A stretch of 12,801 nucleotides of DNA from a virus. Lineage: Duplodnaviria; Heunggongvirae; Uroviricota; Caudoviricetes. Every line of letters starts with the position of its first letter. The stretch's first letter is position 1. The notes beneath the pieces are model-generated. The model did no database searches and had not been told where the DNA came from. It saw nothing but the letters and a program-made list of their open reading frames with translations. The position numbers were made by a program, and so were the translations under genes. Below, one piece after another: positions 8,013-12,801 of the stretch. Where the stretch lies: IMG/VR virus record IMGVR_UViG_3300021254_000001; one strand, given 5' to 3'.

Positions 8013-9761
8013 CTATTTATTTGGTCTTCCTTCTCTTGACTTTAGAGCTGGAATGTTATCGGTTTTATCTTTAACTGTCTGAGTTTTAGTTTTTGTTCTG
8101 TTTTCTATTTGATTATTTGTTTGGTTTTGAGTCGTGCTTGTAGTTGTTTCTTTATTGTTGCCTCGAGAAGATAAGTCTTGAGCGTTATCAACATCATTTG
8201 GGCTAACGAAGGCTGTATCTGGAGCAACTGTCTCCCATAGTGTCTCGTTTTCTTCTTCTTTGTTCTTCTTCTCTGTAGCGTAATCATAGCCAAGATTAGA
8301 TAATAGTGTCTTATTAGAGATTATACCGTTTAACGCTAATTGTTGATTTATAGTCTCGTCTGTCATACTTGGTAAGTTTGTGCCGATTATTATGGTTATG
8401 TCATCAATATTATATTTGTTTGATGAGATGAGGTTTATTCGCTGAAAGAAATTGGCCCATCTGTGCTTAATCATTGCAGTTACACCCTGTTTTACGTCGT
8501 CTAGCATTAGCGCCATAGTATAAAATTTTCTATCTATTGCACTCGCATTCATATCTCCTGAGTTGAACGCAGCGTCAGAGGTATTAGGTATACCAGAAAT
8601 CTGAAAGATACTGTCAACGTAGTATTTTAAGTATTTCGTAGCGTCTTCTGCGTGTATTTCTTTTAGTAACCAGCTGACGTCTCCACCTTCTTGAACGAAG
8701 AATGTCTTAGAATTCTCTAAGTATTCGTCTTCTAACTGTCTAGCTGGGTTTGTAATCTTATCAGGATTTGAAGATGAGACTGGTTTCTCAGGGTCAAACG
8801 CTGGATTAGGTATCGTTAGTGGATTCTCTGGTCTATAGCCCGATATTTTCAACTTAGCGTCTTTATCGTTATAATTATACATATTGTTTAAATTATTCAT
8901 TATCTGTTCATAAGACGTAATTAGAGAAATTATTGGGTCTATAATACTGACTTGTGGGTCTGGCTCGTATGCTGTGAATGTTGGGACGGTGTGTGATGAC
9001 TCTTTTTCCTCTTTTAAAGTGATTTTATTTTTATATTCACTTGTCGCGTCTTCATTAGTTGTCTTATCATAAATAGACGTACCATAAAAACCAGTGTATG
9101 AGTTACATTCAATAACATAGTATAGTGTATGCTCTTGATTGTCTTCGCTATTACGTTTATCTAGTAGGTAACGTGTGATTAGACCTACTGGTTTTTGTTG
9201 GCTGATGTCAGATATGTCAGTTGGAAATATTGCTACTGTGTTTAGAGCGGATAGTGGGTAATACGTATAATTTGGGTCGGTTGTGTCTGGGGCGTCATCT
9301 GCAGCAATAGCGTCTGCCTGAGTTTGCTGAAGGTCCAATTGTCTCTCATAGCAACAGCCATAAAGGACTGCATCGTGAAATAATGCCTTCAAAACTTTAG
9401 GGTCATCATTTTTTGAGCTGAGAGTCGTGATAATAAACTTCAATTGCGCGGCTGTATCTGGGTCTAATGGAGCGGTGTGAGACGGATGAAGTAATCTATA
9501 AGCTGGTTCTTCACTTTTATCTACAATTTCTGCGTTGTAAGTTATCTCACCTGACAAATAACCAGAGGCTAAGTCGGTGATAAATTTTTCGAAAAATACT
9601 TGGACTGTTGCACCGGAAACTATGTCAGTGCTGGTTACTCCTCTTAGATAACGGTCATTGATTTCCGCACGTTTTGAAAGGACTTTGTCGACTTCTGACA
9701 ATAAATCTTGTAATTTACCATCATTGTATTCGTCTTTTATGTTTTTTGATATTTTAATCAT
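8013..9761 (-). CDS. Portal protein (SPP1 gp6-like, 582 aa)
   Basis: Typical blocks IISLITSYEQIMNN, GGDVSWLLKE, IFQISGIPNTSDAAFNSGDMNASAIDRKF and SNKTLLSNL. Start moved from 9785 to ATG 9761, behind AAGGAG. Confidence 0.85.
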   Translation of the reverse strand: MIKISKNIKDEYNDGKLQDLLSEVDKVLSKRAEINDRYLRGVTSTDIVSGATVQVFFEKFITDLASGYLSGEITYNAEIVDKSEEPAYRLLHPSHTAPLDPDTAAQLKFIITTLSSKNDDPKVLKALFHDAVLYGCCYERQLDLQQTQADAIAADDAPDTTDPNYTYYPLSALNTVAIFPTDISDISQQKPVGLITRYLLDKRNSEDNQEHTLYYVIECNSYTGFYGTSIYDKTTNEDATSEYKNKITLKEEKESSHTVPTFTAYEPDPQVSIIDPIISLITSYEQIMNNLNNMYNYNDKDAKLKISGYRPENPLTIPNPAFDPEKPVSSSNPDKITNPARQLEDEYLENSKTFFVQEGGDVSWLLKEIHAEDATKYLKYYVDSIFQISGIPNTSDAAFNSGDMNASAIDRKFYTMALMLDDVKQGVTAMIKHRWANFFQRINLISSNKYNIDDITIIIGTNLPSMTDETINQQLALNGIISNKTLLSNLGYDYATEKKNKEEENETLWETVAPDTAFVSPNDVDNAQDLSSRGNNKETTTSTTQNQTNNQIENRTKTKTQTVKDKTDNIPALKSREGRPNK

Positions 9762-9793
9762 AAAAAATTTGTCTCCTTTCTTCATTTGTTCAC

Positions 9794-9833
9794 ATTATAT
9801 CTTAACTGAACAAAATTTGCAAGTGGAGTACAA
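9794..9833 (-). promoter_or_regulatory. Leftward (portal operon) promoter TTGCAA-17-TATAAT
   Basis: -35 at 9822-9817, -10 at 9799-9794, 17-nt spacer. The upstream motif is shared with the 3863-3902 promoter. Confidence 0.75.
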
Positions 9834-9849
9834 CAACTTTCTTGACTTT

Positions 9850-10087
9850 TTTCGAGCTGTTGCTCGAAAGCCACACTTGACTAGGGTTGAACAATGTGAT
9901 AAAATAGACAAGAACCTTGTTGTTTCCAGTATTTTTACTGGAAATATTTTACCCCTTAATGTAGACAAGAACCTTGTTGTCTAATTTTTCGCAGTATATG
10001 TTTTGATTTCGGGCAACCGCCCGAAATATCTACCCCTTATAGTTAGACAAGAGGTGTGTTGTCTGATTTTTTACAATATATGTTTTG
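9850..10087. repeat. Hairpin + palindrome repeat array in the divergent control region
   Basis: Three perfect 8-9-bp hairpins with 4-nt loops (9850-9869, 9923-9944, 10006-10027), three TAGACAA-N8-TTGT(C/T)T(A/C/G) palindromes (9905, 9962, 10044) and two ~65-bp imperfect direct repeats (9941-10005, 10023-10087). Confidence 0.9.
9877..9905 (+). promoter_or_regulatory. Rightward promoter TTGACT-17-TAAAAT with extended -10 (TGn)
   Basis: -35 at 9877-9882, -10 at 9900-9905, preceded by TGA. The predicted start site falls inside the first palindrome. Confidence 0.55.
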
Positions 10088-10181
10088 TGAGTCGCCACCC
10101 ATCCTGGCAAGGTCTGAAGATATACTAAGTAAAGGCTTTACAGGATTTGATCCTAGATTACAAAAACATAATGATATACTA

Positions 10182-10210
10182 TTGACAAACTACCAAAAAT
10201 TTAGTATAAT
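10182..10210 (+). promoter_or_regulatory. Early promoter P1, perfect sigma-A/sigma-70 consensus
   Basis: TTGACA (10182-10187), 17 nt, TATAAT (10205-10210), with an A-rich UP-like region. Confidence 0.9.
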
Positions 10211-10380
10211 AGAATTAACAAAAGCAAAAAGAAAAACGTATTTACTATAAGTAAATACATTTCATAAAATAGTTTTTGTTATGTATGTATACACATTAAA
10301 AGTATACAAGTATAGTTGCATTACTAAAAATATATGTAACAGATAATGGCTAATCATTAAATAGAGAGGAGTGTGGTATT

Positions 10381-10689
10381 ATGGACAAATATATTTTATA
10401 TGTAGGTCTAAACGATAAAAACACAAAAACACAAAAAATTGATACTTTAAGTGCTTACAACTTAACAAATAATATTTTACTTAATTATGTTGAAGGTGCA
10501 ACAGTAACACAATCAAAAGGAATTTATAAACACAATAATGGCAATGTAGTAATAGAAAACACTTTAATTATAGAGTTATTATTCACAGATAAACAAACAG
10601 TCGAAACAATAGCAAAAGACTTAAAAATTGCATTAAATCAAGAAAGCATTGCAATACAAAAGCAAACAATAGAAAGCTATTTATTCTAA
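10381..10689 (+). CDS. Putative S-adenosylmethionine lyase (DUF3574 / Svi3-3-like, PII-like fold)
   Basis: Motifs YVGLN, G47-x-Y49...E59-N and Q87-E88-S match the motif order I recall for phage SAM lyase Svi3-3 (FVGLN; RGVY...ENS; KQESV). First gene after the early promoter. Confidence 0.7.
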   Translation: MDKYILYVGLNDKNTKTQKIDTLSAYNLTNNILLNYVEGATVTQSKGIYKHNNGNVVIENTLIIELLFTDKQTVETIAKDLKIALNQESIAIQKQTIESYLF

Positions 10690-10779
10690 TTCGACAAATA
10701 GTAGGTAAAAACGGCTGAAACCCTACTGAAAGCCGTCATATAAAATCAAAAAATTAAAAAATTATGGAGGTAAAAAATT

Positions 10780-11151
10780 ATGGAAAAATCAAGAATTGAA
10801 GAAATTGCAATGGCAGTTGCAATGGTTGAATATTATCAAGAAATTATTGACAATGCAAAAGAAGAAATCAGAAACTTATCAGAAGAAGAAATTACAGAAA
10901 TTAACAAAGGAAAAGACTTAATAATTAAAAGACAAAACTATACAAAAACAATATATTCAAAAGAATATCAAGAAGCTAAAAAAGAATTAGAGAAGAAATT
11001 TCCACCAACAAAAGAAACAACAGTAAATTATACAATCAAATTACAAGCAACAGCTTATACAACAAGTAAAAGAGAGCTAATAACAAGCAAATTCACAAAC
11101 TTAAATAAAACTCAACTAAAAGCAGCAAGCAAAAACGCAAATATAAAATAA
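10780..11151 (+). CDS. Hypothetical early protein (123 aa)
   Basis: GGAGG RBS and a clean ORF; no recognised family. Confidence 0.75.
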   Translation: MEKSRIEEIAMAVAMVEYYQEIIDNAKEEIRNLSEEEITEINKGKDLIIKRQNYTKTIYSKEYQEAKKELEKKFPPTKETTVNYTIKLQATAYTTSKRELITSKFTNLNKTQLKAASKNANIK

Positions 11152-11195
11152 GGGGAGGGGCTAGACCTCTACCCCAAAGAATAGGAGGGTATAAA

Positions 11196-11459
11196 ATGGA
11201 CGCCATTAAATTATTAAACAAAACAGAAAATGGAATGTATGTAGTAGTCATATTAAAAAACGGAATACGTTGCCCGTCCCTATATATGGGGCAACCAACA
11301 CCAGGAATATATCAATTCATAGACGACAGTGGGATATACAGAATAACAGCGGGATATATCAAAGAGCATAATATAAAAATCGACCAAACATTAAACAGTG
11401 AAGAATTATTCCAAATAGGAGTAATCGTAAATCAAGTAACGAAAAAGGAGGTAAAATAA
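11196..11459 (+). CDS. Hypothetical early protein (87 aa)
   Basis: AGGAGG RBS and a clean ORF. Confidence 0.75.
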   Translation: MDAIKLLNKTENGMYVVVILKNGIRCPSLYMGQPTPGIYQFIDDSGIYRITAGYIKEHNIKIDQTLNSEELFQIGVIVNQVTKKEVK

Positions 11460-11460
11460 T

Positions 11461-11631
11461 ATGTTAACAAACATTGAAAAATGTACAACAGCAAGACTTG
11501 CTACAATATGGGAATTGGCCCAGGAAGGTATATCTTGGGCTAAAAATAATAAACAATTAAAAGACATTGAAAAAGAGCTAGAAAAAAGAGGAGCATTAGA
11601 ATATCTAAAATTAAAAAAGGAGGTAAAATAA
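11461..11631 (+). CDS. Small hypothetical early protein (56 aa, below the track cutoff)
   Basis: GGAGG RBS; MLTNIEKCTTARLATIWELAQEGISWAKNNKQLKDIEKELEKRGALEYLKLKKEVK*; abuts both neighbours. Confidence 0.75.
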   Translation: MLTNIEKCTTARLATIWELAQEGISWAKNNKQLKDIEKELEKRGALEYLKLKKEVK

Positions 11632-11632
11632 A

Positions 11633-11800
11633 ATGAAACCATATTCAATAAAAAGATTTTTAGAGTTATTAAAACAAGATAGGATCAGACGCAATTGGAA
11701 TGGAATATACTTTGACATAACAGACTATCCATTCTATGACGAGAATAGAGCAACGCCAGAAGTATTAAATAATTTATATAATATAGTAAAGGGGGTGTAG
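11633..11800 (+). CDS. Small hypothetical early protein (55 aa, below the track cutoff)
   Basis: GGAGG RBS; MKPYSIKRFLELLKQDRIRRNWNGIYFDITDYPFYDENRATPEVLNNLYNIVKGV*; abuts both neighbours. Confidence 0.75.
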   Translation: MKPYSIKRFLELLKQDRIRRNWNGIYFDITDYPFYDENRATPEVLNNLYNIVKGV

Positions 11801-11802
11801 TT

Positions 11803-12075
11803 ATGGAATTCTTATACGAATTACAACCACAATATGACAGTAGAAAATCATTCTACAAAAAAGCTAAAGTATACAAAGACGACAAAGGACATTTGCTACT
11901 AATGAGCTATTCAACAATAGTCGCAGAAATTACAGACGGGATCGCAACAGAAGACGGACGACCAACAGTAAAAGTGAACGGCTGGTACAGTAGCACAACG
12001 GCAAGACACATTAACGACTTCTTATATCAACACGGCTTCGACACAATGAGTAAAAAAGAAATGGAGGAAAATTAG
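11803..12075 (+). CDS. Conserved phage hypothetical protein (SYxTxVA...GWYSxTTxRH family)
   Basis: LMSYSTIVAEI and GWYSSTTARHINDF resemble a widespread small phage protein family of unknown function. Confidence 0.65.
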   Translation: MEFLYELQPQYDSRKSFYKKAKVYKDDKGHLLLMSYSTIVAEITDGIATEDGRPTVKVNGWYSSTTARHINDFLYQHGFDTMSKKEMEEN

Positions 12076-12076
12076 T

Positions 12077-12280
12077 ATGGAAAAGAAACCTTACAAAATC
12101 ACTGACGAGGATATGGACTTACTTATAGAAATTGAAAATGTATTGATTAAAAAATCAGAAGCTATATGGGGCTTAACCCATAAACGTAAGATAAAAGGGG
12201 GAGCAGACATCACCCCATACGAAACAGGTTATGACAAAATGTTTGACTATATGGAGCTAGTCGCAAGAATAATAGGTTAA
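12077..12280 (+). CDS. Hypothetical early protein (67 aa)
   Basis: GGAGG RBS; abuts the upstream stop. Confidence 0.7.
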   Translation: MEKKPYKITDEDMDLLIEIENVLIKKSEAIWGLTHKRKIKGGADITPYETGYDKMFDYMELVARIIG

Positions 12281-12348
12281 AACGCAAGCCCTTAAAAATA
12301 GTATGAAACCAGGGCGTGATACTATCATAAAAAACTAATGATAAACTA

Positions 12349-12377
12349 TTGACATACTATTAAAATTATAGTATAAT
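12349..12377 (+). promoter_or_regulatory. Early promoter P2, perfect consensus and near-duplicate of P1
   Basis: TTGACA (12349-12354), 17 nt, TATAAT (12372-12377). Confidence 0.9.
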
Positions 12378-12450
12378 AGAAAGTGAACGGTTATCAGACA
12401 AGCCGTAGGCTTTAATCTAACTGAAACCGTGTAGAAAGGTAGGTACATAT

Positions 12451-12801
12451 ATGAGTACAATGAAAATTGACGGTATTGACGTGCCAGAAATACGTCAAAG
12501 CGACTTCTACGCTTTATTAGAAGACGAAGAAAACACACTTGTCTTTGGTAACAAAGGTATAGGTAAATCTTCAATAGTTAGAAAGTTTGCAGAAGATAAA
12601 GGCAAGACATTATTAGTCTTTCCACTTGCTACAATGATACCAGAATTTATTGGTGGTGTACCATATGCACAAGTTAGCAGTGACAAGAAAACAGAATACT
12701 TTACACTATTATTAAATGAGGCACTAGCCCCAATGTTCGAAGTCAAAGGTAAAAATTATATATTATTCTTTGACGAAATCAACCAAGCCCCAACAGAAGT
12801 T
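12451..12801 (+). CDS. AAA+ ATPase (MoxR/AAA_5-like), partial, runs off-window
   Basis: ATG at 12451 after GAAAGGTAGG; Walker A GNKGIGKS, Walker B ILFFDEIN followed by QA. Missing from the track because the stop is off-window. Confidence 0.85.
   Translation, partial: MSTMKIDGIDVPEIRQSDFYALLEDEENTLVFGNKGIGKSSIVRKFAEDKGKTLLVFPLATMIPEFIGGVPYAQVSSDKKTEYFTLLLNEALAPMFEVKGKNYILFFDEINQAPTEV

Larger units (their letters stand above)
1..12801. mobile_element. Tailed bacteriophage genome segment (late structural/lysis arm plus divergent early arm)
   Basis: Portal, scaffold, head-tail connector, holin, endolysin and dUTPase on the minus strand; a cluster of small early-type ORFs on the plus strand. No host housekeeping genes, integrase or att site visible. 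Confidence 0.95.

Noticed and set aside
8105-8293. 62-aa minus-strand ORF
   Set aside because: Alternative frame inside the low-complexity portal C-terminus, with no clear RBS.
9658-9984. 108-aa plus-strand ORF
   Set aside because: Antisense to the portal start and runs through promoters and repeats; no RBS.
9850-10087. Mini CRISPR array (units end in GAAAT/GAAAG, one begins GTTTC)
   Set aside because: The hairpins differ while the intervening sequence is conserved, the opposite of repeat-spacer structure; no cas genes.
10114-10160. Hammerhead ribozyme core (CTGAAGA)
   Set aside because: No stem II followed by GAAA and no compatible stem I/III. The CTGA and GAAA pieces at 10715-10731 are also too close together to form a hammerhead.
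10056-10250. 64-aa plus-strand ORF
   Set aside because: TTG start without an RBS; it crosses the repeat and the P1 promoter.
11406-11648. 80-aa minus-strand ORF
   Set aside because: Antisense to RBS-supported plus-strand genes.
12283-12317. Terminator after the 67-aa gene (GCCCT...AGGGC)
   Set aside because: Short stem, 18-nt loop and no U-tract.
12335-12746. Two 79-aa minus-strand ORFs
   Set aside because: Antisense to promoter P2 and the AAA+ ATPase.
1-12801. Stop-codon recoding or GATC avoidance
   Set aside because: Genes are intact under code 11, with TAA and TAG used as stops at tight gene junctions; GATC occurs several times (for example 22, 10148, 11940).

Overview
A fragment of a tailed dsDNA bacteriophage genome (or prophage-like element). 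The host is probably a low-GC Gram-positive (Bacillota/Clostridia-like) bacterium, inferred from consensus sigma-A promoters, strong GGAGG ribosome-binding sites and a GH25 endolysin. Two arms diverge from a ~600-bp non-coding control region (9762-10380). The left arm (minus strand, late/structural) runs: SPP1-type portal, DUF4355-type scaffold, zinc-ribbon protein, SH3-like protein, holin, a 38-aa micro-ORF, GH25 endolysin, a small phage protein, a membrane-anchored HExxH protein, dUTPase, head-tail connector, a TM/coiled-coil protein, a fibre-like protein and a >666-aa DUF285/BspA-like leucine-rich-repeat protein that runs off the window and is missing from the ORF track. The right arm (plus strand, early) has a perfect sigma-A promoter, then a likely SAM lyase (DUF3574/Svi3-3-like motifs), six small hypothetical genes, a near-duplicate promoter and an AAA+ ATPase that runs off the window. 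The most notable observations are: (i) a T3 gp0.3-like position for a putative SAM lyase; (ii) an array of sequence-variable but structure-conserved hairpins interleaved with conserved TAGACAA-N8-TTGTCTA palindromes at the divergence point; (iii) two promoter classes, each defined by a repeated motif; (iv) 13 LRR repeats of 72 bp with two variable di-residue sites each; and (v) no capsid or terminase gene next to portal and scaffold. All family calls come from motif recognition by eye; no database searches were run.
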